From: Asterias rubens
Lineage: Eukaryota
Reading direction: 5' to 3'
NCBI RefSeq assembly: GCF_902459465.1
Contig: NC_047079.1
Coordinates: 12,152,001 to 12,216,000 of the forward strand
Length of the DNA: 64,000 nucleotides
Numbering within the stretch: the stretch's first letter is position 1; each line of letters starts with the position of its first letter. Below the pieces are notes generated by a model. That model was not told the DNA's origin, made no database searches, and saw only the letters and a program-made list of their open reading frames with translations. Positions 24,935 to 35,925 of this stretch are shown here, piece after piece. The translations under genes and the position numbers were made by a program.

Positions 24935-26129
24935 CTAATTGTAAAGATTCTGATATGGTCTCTCAGCTGAACTCGGTGGCTGTCTGACCGCTTCATAGTC
25001 GGTGTTGGTGCTGCCCTCTGGCCGAGCGTAGTCATACTCATGGCTGTCTGTCTCTACTTCAACTGGTTGGTAGTAGGTATCTTGTGTGGTAGTTGTAGCC
25101 GTAGTAGGTTCCATATAGACTTTGTTCTTGTCCTCCGTTGGTTGCAGCTCCATGTAGGGATCAGCTTTGGGGACTTGAGATGCCTCTGTCTTTCGAAGAC
25201 TTTTTATGATATGTCTCATTTTGAAGATTTGAAATACACCAAGAATGATGATGATGGTGGATACACTGAGGGTAATTACAATCCATAGATTAAAAGAAGG
25301 GGTCTGGTTGGGTAGGGTTTGGGTTGGTGGGTGGGGCTGGTTGGGTTGGGTTGTCTCTGGTTTGATTGATGTTATTTCATTAGTCGCATCTGTCGAACTT
25401 GCTACACTGATTGGTCCAATGATACACGAACGTGTCATACTTGCACCACTCCCTTGTAATACAGAGCAGTTAAATGCAACACCATCGTCAGCAACAGTCA
25501 CAGTCAAATTCAATGATAATGTATCCTCACCATCGACACTTGATGATGTCCAGGGGTAGCTACTGTAATCAGTTATTGGGTTGGTTCTTGTTATATCTGC
25601 TGGGTTACCAGTCTCAGATAGACATCTCAAAGGTAGCTCTGTACCGGTGTCTACTGCGATAGCTCCAGAAGGGGAGCATTCTGGATACGGCTGAGGTGAT
25701 GATAGTATAACCTCAGATGTTCCTTCAACATCCACGTACTGTCTAAAGCGTGTTCGAAAAACCAAACAACAAAAGTTAGCATTATAGTCATCAGTCTGCA
25801 GATCGATAATCATTGGTTAAGTTTTGAACAACCATTCCTCTCTCTGGATAAAATGTGGTGTAGAAAAACCGTCTGTTGTACCTTAATGGGTGATCAATCC
25901 GTCTCACGTAACAGATGTCAAAAGTACTCCACTCCACGATGTGATCCGACTCTAGGTTTGTAGCGGTGCACCTAATAATAATCTGCCCACCCAATTTACG
26001 ATCAGCCTCTGGTGTTAAGATCTCAGCAGACACTGTTGGTTGAGCAGTGACAACCATCAGGAGTCCACCTGAATCAAGGGAACACCAAACACACACCAGC
26101 AACACATACATAGACATTCTTCCATCCAT
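24935..26129 (-). pseudogene. Ig receptor A2: frameshifted SP-V-C2-TM gene with a complete class-A tail
   Basis: ORFs 25791-26306 and 24935-25813 join through a +4 nt shift near 25811-25814 (QNLT|IIDLQTDDY versus paralog QDFTITYLQIDDY). Tail has YMEL-x9-YMEP, TYYQP, YDYARP, TDYEAV, PYQNLYN. Confidence 0.85.
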
Positions 26130-26613
26130 TGAATCTGAGTCCTTGAAGTTGCTTGATAAGATAATGAGTGATGATGATAATGAGTGATGAAATAGCATGA
26201 GCAGACACTCAGCTTGTAGGAATATTATAAGTGGTTTATTGTACATGCAATTGAATGACAAATTAAATTGGATGTACTTCCGTGTACTATTATTTTCATC
26301 ACACACCCGTGAACTTCCTCAAAGGGCTCATAATATCACAGGAAAAAGCAACGAGTTTACGTCACTTTGCTTTTCAGAATCGCATTTTTGGCAATTGACG
26401 ATATTTTGTTTAGCATTATAAATAAATGAAGCTTTCTTCAGGATAAAAAAGAAGAAGTTGTGACTGGAAATATTTATGGACAATGTGCATGGCATTTCTT
26501 CACAGCCCCTATCCCCAGTGACATTGATGTTGCAGTCAGTCTTTTGATGAAAGTATTAATAAACATGTTGTTTACAACTTGATTGTGATGAGGGAAGATG
26601 GAACCAGAGTTAG

Positions 26614-26750
26614 GCCGTGTCCGAATTAGCGGCTACAGCTCTGGCTACGGCTAGATTTCCGTGTCACCACGCACTGAGGTATAGGGCGCCCTTAGCAACA
26701 CCTTTAGCAACAGCCGTAGCCGTAGCCATAGCCGCCAGTTCGGATTCGGC
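26614..26750. mobile_element. PIF/Harbinger-like MITE
   Basis: tta|ggccgtgtccgaattagcggcta ... tagccgccagttcggattcggcc|tta. Confidence 0.55.
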
Positions 26751-26846
26751 CTTAGAGCTTGCAGTTCAACATGGTTTAGACATGGAGGAAGAAAGTCTCC
26801 CTCCATGGTTTAGATGGACACAACTACTTTGTTGTTCATGTAAATA

Positions 26847-27200
26847 GGCGTGACGTGGCCGAGCAGATAAAAACACCGCACCCATGCTCAGTGTGTTTCT
26901 GTTCAGCAGTGTGTGGGTTCGAGTCCCGGTCGTGACACTTCGGACGGGACGTAAATCAGTTGGTCCCGTATGTTGTGTAACGCAGTTAAAGAACCCATTG
27001 TATCGAAAAGAGCAGGGGTTCGCCCCGGTGTTCGTGGTTTGATTGTCTGCATTTTTTCAATGTACCTTGTAAACAGTTCATGGTGCTATGTAAACGAATA
27101 TGCCGCATACTTAAAAAAAAACAGTAGCTCCACATTTTTAACTTGAAAAAACATATTTGAATGTTGAGGCGCCTTGAGCGTCACTGACGGATATGGAAGC
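26847..27200 (+). mobile_element. tRNA-derived SINE
   Basis: Pol III A-box tggccgagcag (~26856) and B-box ggttcgagtcc (~26916), followed by a body shared with reverse-strand copies at 35.3-35.9 and 62.6-62.8 kb. Confidence 0.65.
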
Positions 27201-27590
27201 TTAATGGCAGTGGACACTGTTGGTAATTACTCAAAATAATTATGAGCAAAAAGCCTTTCTTGGTAACGAGTAATGGGGAGAGGTTGATAGTATGGTGAAA
27301 TCATTGTGAGAAACGGCTCACTCTGAAGTGACGTAGTTTTCAAGAAAGAAGTAATTTTCCACGAATTTGATTTGTGGACCTCAGAATTAGTTTTTGAGGT
27401 CTCGAAATCAAGCATCTGAAAGCACACAACTTCGTGTGACAAGGGTATTTTTTTCTTTCATAATTATCTAGCAACCTCGACGACCAATTGAGTTCAAATT
27501 TTCACAGGTTGGTTTTTTATGCATATGTTGAGATACACCAAGTGAGAAGACTGGTCTTTGACAATTACCAATAGTGTCCATTGTCTTTAA
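27201..27590. mobile_element. MITE family 1
   Basis: ttaatggcagtggacact ... agtgtccattgtctttaa. Confidence 0.8.
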
Positions 27591-28279
27591 GAAGAAACAA
27601 CTATTATTATTGTCCGTCTGATGTTCGCATTATACTTCGGAAAACACTACGACATTCAGTGTTATCACATGAAAATACATATTGAGAAACCAAACTCATT
27701 TTGGATACACTCACCAAAGGTTTTATTCTGTGAAAACTCGTTGTCAATTTTTGTTTGTCAACTATACACCATTGAACTTAAAAGGTTTTGTAGGACAAAG
27801 AACACAATGTCCACAGATTTACACTAAACTTACACAGTTTGAAGACAATGATAGTAGAAAGCTTCCCTGAAAATATTACGTGCTGAGGTGCTGTAGTTTT
27901 TGGGAAATGAGTAAAACAATGTCATGAAAATAATGTTCGTCTCATTTACAAACGTATTTTCATGACATTGTTTTACTCATTTCTCAAAAACTCCAGCACC
28001 TCAGTAAGAAATACTTGAAGAGAAGCTTTCCACTATCATTATCTTCAAACCCTGTAAGTTTAATGTAAATCTATGGACATTATGAAAAGGTACCCAAATC
28101 CTTTAAGTTGAACCAGTCAGTTTCCATTGTGATTTATTATTTTGATGTAACTCATTGTGGTATACCAATAACATACAAGAGTCACCTATTAATGATTCAA
28201 ACTAAATTCGTAAAGGCCATAAATACTTATTATTATCCTGAGTAAACAAAAACTATAAATTAAATCAAGGCTTGAATAC

Positions 28280-28640
28280 ATGTTTGCGATGGATCGGTCA
28301 AGTTGGTCCATGAAAAGCGTTTGAAACCGTCTGTAATAAAGTGCATAATATGGTTAGAAAGATGTTTTAAAAGTAGAATATAATGATCCACACAAACATG
28401 CCTCGGAATGGAATGGTTTTCCTTATAAGCCGTTAGCTAACACGGTCGGCCATTTTGTGGAGTCAAGTTTGTAAACTCCATAAAATGGCCGACCGTGTTA
28501 GTTCGCAAAGTAAAAGGAAAACCACGCAATTTTGAGGCATGTTTGTGTGGATCGTTACATTCTTCTTTTTAAAACATATTTCTAACATGCATTGTATAAC
28601 AAACGGTTTCAAGGACCAACTGGACCAATCAAAGGCCCTC
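28280..28640. mobile_element. Palindromic MITE family 2
   Basis: Arms around tttgtggagtcaagtttgtaaactccataaaa. Confidence 0.7.
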
Positions 28641-29535
28641 TAATTAAACTGCAAAACCCCATTTATTATTTCTGTACATTCCAATATAATATTATAGAAA
28701 AATTGCTTAAATTCTCTGTCCTGTTTATGAGTATAGTTCTTAGTTTCGGTAAATTCACAAATAAACTAGCAATGAGTTTGATTATATAATACGAATAAAG
28801 ACTGCATTATGCGATATATACAAACGGTTATGTTAACAAGATCCAAATCTGCGTATAGGTATTGTTTATAGTTTACAAATTTACTAGATTCATTGAAAGA
28901 AGTCTAAATTCATGAATGATCAATGAAGATTCATACCAACACCAAAGAGTCTGTGGTTAAATTGGAACCGCTAAGCTTTTAAAATGCAAGAAAATTGCCA
29001 CGGTATTCGAACAAATGATTTAAAAAAAGAATTTTTTGTTGTTGTATAGTTATATGAACTATGTTATTGTTTAACTTATGGTTATTTATGTTTGTTTTGT
29101 AACATCTTTTTTTGTTTGGCAGCACTTGAATTACAAGAATTCTTAATATTAGTGAATATTATGCAAATAAATAGAATTCTAGTCGAAATTTTAGTAAATT
29201 CTTCACTGTTCCCTCGAACCCGCGGCTGTATAAGCGCTGGAAATCGACTAACGCTGTGAACGATCAAGGTAATTTACATCGGTTAACAAAACTCACCTTA
29301 CCCGCCGCGTTGTGCAGCCATGGTACATGCGTTTTTGTTCCACATCACGTGATTGGTTCTCGACCAATCAAACTTTCTAATTTGTTACCGAGGTATAACA
29401 ATGTTTTATGGAGGATTTGATCAAATCTCCTGAAGTTCATTGAAATTCTTTCTAATATAGATTGCAACTAGTGACAACTGCAACTGATTTTGTCCCTGAT
29501 TTCAATCCATTTAGACTGAATTTCAGTCTAAAACT

Positions 29536-29813
29536 TTAAAGACACTGGACACTTATGGTAATTTTCAAAGACCAGTGTTCTCACTCTTACATAAAATAAC
29601 AAACTTGTGAACATTTGAACTCAATTGGTCGTCGAAGTTTCGAGATAATGAAAGAAAAAAACACCCTTGTCACATAAAGTTTTGTGCTTTCAGATACTTG
29701 ATTTTGAGACCTCAAAAATCTAATTCTGAGGTCTCGAAATCAAATTCGTGGAAAATTACTTCTTTCTCAATATTACTTCAGAGGAAGTAGTTTCTCACAA
29801 TGTTTTATACTAT
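29536..29813. mobile_element. MITE family 1, truncated, abutting the orphan ATG
   Basis: ttaaagacactggacac start, opposite orientation, truncated at tatactatc. Confidence 0.75.
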
Positions 29814-29814
29814 C

Positions 29815-30190
29815 CATGGTTTTGAATCCGATTCCTTGAAGTTATTTGATGGGGAAAGTTGGATGAGGACAAAATGGATGAAATAGCATGAGCAGACAGA
29901 CAGCTCGTATAAGAGTGTTTTAATGTACATGTACTTGACTGGTACCTGTTAACATACAGCACACTCCAGTGAACTTCATCACGCACCGCTGAAGTTCATC
30001 AATAATGTTGAGCTTTTGGATCGGGTGTTATTGAGTCCAGTTCTATTTATAGTCAAATCCAGAACTGTTGCCATTTTAATATAGTGGCGACGATTTACAT
30101 AGAAACTTAACAATAATGTTCAGTGTTAACGTTCTAAGCAGTGATATAATAAAAGAGTTGGGTTTGCGTACAGAGGATTTATGCTACATC
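29815..30190 (-). pseudogene. Orphan receptor leader/promoter ending at ATG-GAT; coding region replaced by a TTAA-family MITE
   Basis: The - strand reads GGAATCGGATTCAAAACCATGGATAG versus paralog GGAACCAGATTCAATACAATGGATGG. The upstream module continues to ~30.9 kb, interrupted by a MITE at 30196-30575. Confidence 0.75.
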
Positions 30191-30195
30191 ATACT

Positions 30196-30575
30196 TTAAA
30201 GACAGTGGACACTCTTGGTAATTGTCAAAGACCAGTCTGCTCACTTTGTATACTCAACATATGCATCAAATAACAAACCTGTGAAACTTTAAGCTCAACT
30301 GGTCGTCGTAGTCGCGAGATAACTATGAAAGAAAAAAACACGAAGTTGTGTGCTTTCAGATGCTTTGATTTATAGACCTCAAAATCTTATTCTGTGGTCT
30401 CGAAATCAAATTCGTGGAAAATTACTTCTTTCTCGAAAACTGCGGCACTTCAGAGGGAGCCGTTTCTCACAATGTTTTATACTATCAACCTCTCCCCATT
30501 ACTCGTTACCAAGTTAGGTTTCATGCTAATAATTATTTTGAGCAATTACCAATATATAGTGTCCACAGCCTTTAA
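30196..30575. mobile_element. MITE family 1 inserted in the orphan promoter module
   Basis: Both TIRs with TTAA. The flanks rejoin to the A1-like sequence gctac...aaacttggctgcaattcc. Confidence 0.8.
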
Positions 30576-31848
30576 CCAAACTTGGCTGCAATTCCGCATG
30601 TTTTCTAGGCGTCATTCGCACATTCACTTCAGAAAGTGCAACTATACAAAACTTTAATCGCGGTGTATTGTCCACTCACATAGACAAAAAAAAAACAGTT
30701 TAGTACAATTTGTCCACTATTTGTTTTGTTTAAAGAACTCTCACAGTTTTTACAGAAGGTATTTACTCGAAATTGACTATACCAATTTCAGAAGGGTGTT
30801 CTTTACCGTTTGACTCGTAAACTGTCGGCTAAATTACTTGTTTTCTGAATGAATTACAAATAGATAAAAAGAGTGAACCCAGGCAGAATAATTCTGAAAC
30901 GCTATTGATGTTTAATATTTTGTGTGTGATCTTTTTCTCAGTGACCCAGTTCCACCAGAATGTTTCTTGTTTTATTTATTTATTTTTTCATATTTATATT
31001 TATATTCATATTCATAGACACAATGATTACAAGTTGGACAGTGGCTGTCAAGGATTATTATACAAACGTTTAAAAACTGTCATCTTGAGATGTATAAAAC
31101 CAGACCCCGGCAAACGATAATTATATAATATAAAAAGGAGATTGCACTCCCCAACGCTTTTAAAATCACACATTATAAAACATTAAAACAGAGCAAATCC
31201 AGATTAGTGCAAATACAACACCCACAAAACACCATAAAACAGGAGGAAGGGACAACAATTCAAAAACCCAGAGCCAAAAACGCGAATGGGCTGAAAACCC
31301 TCTAAAGCAAACATACAACTGGTACCAAAGAACATCTTTCAAATCAATGAAGCAGGCGCTAAAATAAATGAGCTAAACATACAATTAAAAACCAACACTA
31401 ACATACAAAAAGTTCCACCCCGGCTGTGATTTTTTTTTTCTAAACGCCATTGCAATGATTTGGTGAAAGAGCAGGCCATTTCATGATGACGTAATCTGAC
31501 GGAAAGAGCCAATCACAGCGGCAGGGAAAAAAATATTGCAATGTCGTTTGGGGGAAAAAAATCGCATCCGGGCTACATTCGAAAGGACTTGTAACCCCCC
31601 ATAAAATAACCAAATTAAAACTGGTACATCAAAAATATTTCAAAACCATGAAGCAGGAACTTACAATTAATTTAGTAAACATACAATTAAAAACCAGCGG
31701 CACAAACCTACAAAAATAATACTAAAAGTTCCTAGCTCGGCTACATTTTGAAAGGACAAAATTTACAAACCCCAATGTCCTCAAACTCCGTAAGATGTTA
31801 GTGGGCCAAAAAAATCCAACAACTTTGCAGTAGCTGATCCCGTTCAAG

Positions 31849-32280
31849 CAGGCGCCCCAGAGTCGCGCCGAACCAAACAGATTAGGAGCGACCCTAGTCG
31901 ACCCAAAATTTGGTTTTAGACTAGACTTGTGGACAAGTCGTTAATGGTCCCACGCGATGAGATAGTCGAGTTGTGGCGGTGCTCTCGCGAGATCACTGCT
32001 CTGCATCAGCAGTTCGCGCGAGAGCAGTGATCTCGCGAGCGCACCGCCACAACTCGACTATCTCATCGCGTGGGTCCATTTACGACTTGTCCACAAGTCT
32101 AGTTTTCGACATTTACATTAGGTTCGGCTTATGACAAGATTTACGTCTGGAAGTCTGTCTGGAGTCGTTCCGAACGACTGCATCGGTCGATCTTTCGACT
32201 TCAAGCGTCCAGTCGCTCCTAACTGTTTCAGATGTCTAACGTATGCAATACATTGGTTCGGCGCGACGCTGGAACGCCTG
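31849..32280. mobile_element. MITE with a nested 184-bp near-perfect palindrome (31920-32103)
   Basis: Outer caggcgccccagagtcgcgccgaaccaa / ttggttcggcgcgacgctggaacgcctg; inner actagacttgtggacaagtcg...cgacttgtccacaagtctagt. Confidence 0.75.
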
Positions 32281-32426
32281 TCAAAAACGGGTGTTCTTCT
32301 CTAATTGTAAATATTCTGGTATCGTCGCTCAGAATGTTGTGGCTGTGTGAGTACCACTTCATAGCCGGTGCTAGTGTCTCCCTCTTGGCGTTCGTTCTCT
32401 AAATCAACTGGTTGGTTGAAGGTGTG

Positions 32427-33497
32427 TTAAATAGTAGTTGCTTCTGGGTTTGGTGTTGGGTCAACGTGCACAGTGACTTGATGATTCCTTCTTTGCTCAT
32501 TGGGATCATGTGGCCGTGGTCGAAGGTAGCCATCTTGGCTCACGTTCTCTACTTCTTGTATGGTAGTTGTAGCCGTAGTAGGTTCCGTGTATCCTCTGTT
32601 CTTGTGATCCGTTGGTTGCAGCTTCGCGTAGGGATCAGCTTTGGGGACTTGAGATGCCTCAGTCTTTCCAAGACTATTTATGAGACGTGTCTTTTTGAAG
32701 ATTTGAAATGCACCAAGAATGATGGCGATGGTGGATACACTGAGGGTAACTACAAAAGCTACAAGCCATGGGATGTGGTTGGGTGGGTTCGGGGTCTCTG
32801 GTTGGATTTGGATTGGTCCAAAGATACACGAACGTGTCATTGTACCACTCCCTTGTAAAACAGAGCAGTTAAATGCAACACCATCATCAGCAACAGTTAC
32901 ATTCAAATTCAATGATAATGTATACTTACCATCGACACTTGATGACGTCCAGTTGTAGTTACTGGGATCAGTCATTGGATAGGGTTCTATATCTGCAGGG
33001 TTATCCGCCTCAGATATACATCTCAATTGTAGCTCTGTACCAATGTAGACTGGTTTAAGTCCGGAAGGGGAGCACACAGGATACGATGGAGCTGACAGGT
33101 TTACGCTGGATGTAGCTACAATTGTGCTCCCTCCTTTACTGAGAGGGTGGTGGACGTTACAAACATATTCATCATAGTCGTCAATCTGCAGATGATTAAT
33201 CGTAAAGGTTTGAACAATCTTCCCACTCTCTGGAGAACTTTTAGTGACCATAAACCGTATGCTGGAAATGTCCTTTATTGGTTTGTTGTCCCGCCTCCAT
33301 TCAATAAAGGAATCCGGCTGGAGGTTTGTAGCGTTACAATTCATCACCAACTTCCCACCCACGTTACGGTCAGCTTCTGGTGTTAAGATCTCAGCATACA
33401 CTTTTGGTTCAGCAGTGGCAACCATCAGGAGTCCGCCTGCATCAAGTGAACACCAAACACACACCAGCAACACATACATAGACATTCTTCCATCCAT
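32427..33497 (-). CDS. Ig receptor A3: intronless SP-V-C2-TM receptor, 356 aa, with a premature TAA (ancestral stop at 32301)
   Basis: Same domain layout; tail YAKL-x9-YTEP and GYLRP. 41 more in-frame codons (HTFNQPVDLENERQEGDTSTGYEVVLTQPQHSERRYQNIYN) follow the TAA and match the A2 terminus. Confidence 0.85.
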   Translation of the reverse strand: MDGRMSMYVLLVCVWCSLDAGGLLMVATAEPKVYAEILTPEADRNVGGKLVMNCNATNLQPDSFIEWRRDNKPIKDISSIRFMVTKSSPESGKIVQTFTINHLQIDDYDEYVCNVHHPLSKGGSTIVATSSVNLSAPSYPVCSPSGLKPVYIGTELQLRCISEADNPADIEPYPMTDPSNYNWTSSSVDGKYTLSLNLNVTVADDGVAFNCSVLQGSGTMTRSCIFGPIQIQPETPNPPNHIPWLVAFVVTLSVSTIAIILGAFQIFKKTRLINSLGKTEASQVPKADPYAKLQPTDHKNRGYTEPTTATTTIQEVENVSQDGYLRPRPHDPNEQRRNHQVTVHVDPTPNPEATTI

Positions 33498-34076
33498 TAT
33501 ATTGAATCTGATTCCTTTAAGTTGTTTGATAAGAAGTTGTATGAGGATAAGGATGGATAAAATAGCATGAGCAGACAGACAGCTTGTAAGAATGTAAGAG
33601 TGATTTAATGTAGGCCCCTACGTGTATTTGACTGACAATTTTACTTGGATGTACTTGTTTATATAAGCATCACGCACCACTGAACTTAATAAATCATTTT
33701 GAGCACCTGGATTGGGTGTTATTGAGTCTTGTTATGGGTCGTTTATGACGTAGAGAGCCGAATTCAAATCTATTGCCATTTATAGTAGCAACGATTTACA
33801 CAGAATTTGAACAATAATGTTCAGTGTTAACATTGTAAACGGTGATGTAATGAAAGAGTTGGGTTCGCGTAAAATGAGGATTGTTTGCTACACCATGCTT
33901 GGCTGCAATTCCGCATGTTTTTGAAGCGTCATTTATACAGTTACTTCAGAAATTACAACTGCAAAACTAGTAAATCGCGATTTACTATACCCACACACAG
34001 AGAAAATACACACTTTTTGTAGAATTTTTCCAATTTGTAATGTAATATAAGAACCTCCCAAGTGTTTGGTATATGT

Positions 34077-34412
34077 TTAAAGACACTGGACACCTTTGGT
34101 AATTGTCAAAGACAGCAGCATTTTCACTTGGTGTATCTCAACATATGCCTATAATACCAAACCTGTGAAACTTTCGAGCTCAATATTGGCCGTCGAAGAT
34201 GCGAGAGAATAATGGAAGAAAAACGCCCTTACGTCGCATAAGTTGTGTGCTTTCAGATGCTTGATTTCGAGACCCCAGCTGAGGTCTCGAATTCAATTCA
34301 AATATTTTGGTGAGAAATTAGCTAATTCTCATAAACTACTTTACTTCAGAGGGAGCTGTTTCTCACAATGTTTTATACTATCAACAGCTCTCCATTACTT
34401 GTTACCAATTAA
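34077..34412. mobile_element. MITE family 1
   Basis: ttaaagacactggacac start and family body, fused to a family-2 palindrome. Confidence 0.7.
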
Positions 34413-34778
34413 GGAACACGTTGCCTTGGATCGGTCGAGTTGGTCTTTGAAAAGCGTTATAACCGTTTGTTTTAAAATGCATATGGGTAGAAAGATGTTG
34501 GAAAAGTAGAATACAATGATCCACACAAACATGCCTCGAAATTGCACGGTTTTCCTTTTACCTCGTCGACTAACACGGTCGGCCATTTATGGGAGTCAAA
34601 TTTTTGACTCCCATAAATGGCCGACCGTGTTAGATTGCACAGTTAAAAGAAAACCACGCAATTTCGAGGCAAATTTGTGTGGATCATTGTATTCTACTTT
34701 TAAAACATCTTTCCAACCATATGCATTTAATAAAAAACGGTTACAAACCTTTTTTATAGACCAACTCGCGTCCGATCC
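34410..34778. mobile_element. Palindromic MITE family 2, running into the assembly gap
   Basis: ttaaggaacacgttgccttggatcgg ... ccaactcgcgtccgatcc then N. Confidence 0.8.
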
Positions 34779-34933
34779 NNNNNNNNNNNNNNNNNNNNNN
34801 NNNNNNNNNNNNNNNNNNNNNNNNNNNNNNNNNNNNNNNNNNNNNNNNNNNNNNNNNNNNNNNNNNNNNNNNNNNNNNNNNNNNNNNNNNNNNNNNNNNN
34901 NNNNNNNNNNNNNNNNNNNNNNNNNNNNNNNNN
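34779..34933. other. Assembly gap (155 N)
   Basis: Run of N directly after a palindromic MITE. Confidence 0.99.
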
Positions 34934-34964
34934 TAAGGGTTTTTTTTGGGTGTTTGTTTGGTTG

Positions 34965-35230
34965 GTTGTGCTCAGCATCACGCGATACTGAGCTTCTTTA
35001 GAAATTTGAGCTTTGGAATTTGATGTAGTTTTTTATGGTACTGAGTCATGTTATTCAAAAGGTCGTAGTGTAATAGGTAACCAAATCCAGAACTAATGCC
35101 AACGTGGTGACGACTTCGTGTTCTGACAGCAGTTTGTAACAGTGATGTAATGAAAGGGTGGGGGTCGTGTGAATCTAGAGTTTTTGTTAAGTTAACTTGG
35201 CTGTATTTCTTTCGCTTTAGCGCCATACAC
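34965..35230 (-). pseudogene. Diverged orphan copy of the receptor promoter module next to the gap
   Basis: ctgagtcatgttattcaaa...gtggtgacgac...gtgatgtaatgaaag...aacttggctg matches the A-type upstream module and the 22.3 kb remnant. Confidence 0.55.
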
Positions 35231-35297
35231 ATTTATTTAATTAATAACCGCACTCCTCATCTCTTTTACATTTTGATGATGAAGTGTAGTGCTGTGT

Positions 35298-35925
35298 CGA
35301 TAATAATAGTAATAATAATATCGAAGTCTTATATAGCGCACGTATCTATCAATGGGGTACTCAAGGCGCTTAGTATATACAATTTTAATTATGAATTCTG
35401 AGACCCAATTATGTAGCACATTATGGGTTTACAAGGTTCTACACGGCGCATTCAGCAACCACAGCCAGGAACATCGGGGGAGAACCCTTTCTTTTCAAAT
35501 AAGTGCAGTGGGTTCTTTTACGTGCGTTACACAACACACGGGACCAACGGCTGTACGTCCCATCCGAAGAACGAAGCGATAGTCTTGCTTTAGACGCCGC
35601 TTCTACTGCGATGGAAAAGTGGCCGAGAGCGTGACCAACCGCGCACCAATCGTAGGCCAAACGTGGGAGGATCTCATGGGCGTGGTTTGGTCGGGGTGGG
35701 ATCTCCCAGGTCGAGAAGCTGCACGCTCTCCCCACGCGTATAGCCGGGTCGTGGCCAACAATAAGCGGGGCAAAGTCGTTGTGGGAGCGACATTATCGTA
35801 CAAGCATCGTGGTAGCATCGGCAACCATTTCGAAGTAGAAAACCGCGTGTCACGACTGGGATTTGAACCCAGGCTCTCTTGGAGTTTGAATTCGGCGCTC
35901 TTACAACCGCTCGACCACGACACAG
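35298..35925 (-). mobile_element. tRNA-derived SINE (reverse), (AAT)n tail at left and tRNA head at right
   Basis: aataataataatatcgaagtcttatatagcgcacgtatc tail; gggatttgaacccag (reverse-complement B-box) at ~35860. A + strand tail fragment also lies at ~51695-51770. Confidence 0.55.

Noticed and set aside
30394-30657. Recurring short ORFs such as SKSNSWKITSFSKT / MSHEVVCFQMLDFET (also 1681-1965, 12085-12456, 14610-14798, 27227-27442, 37568-37797, 52845-53039, 63646-63876)
   Set aside because: Chance frames within the high-copy non-autonomous MITE family 1; no transposase motifs.
32424-32429. Programmed stop-codon readthrough in A3
   Set aside because: TAA is the least leaky stop and the UGA-CUAG-type context is absent. 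A recent nonsense mutation is the simpler explanation.
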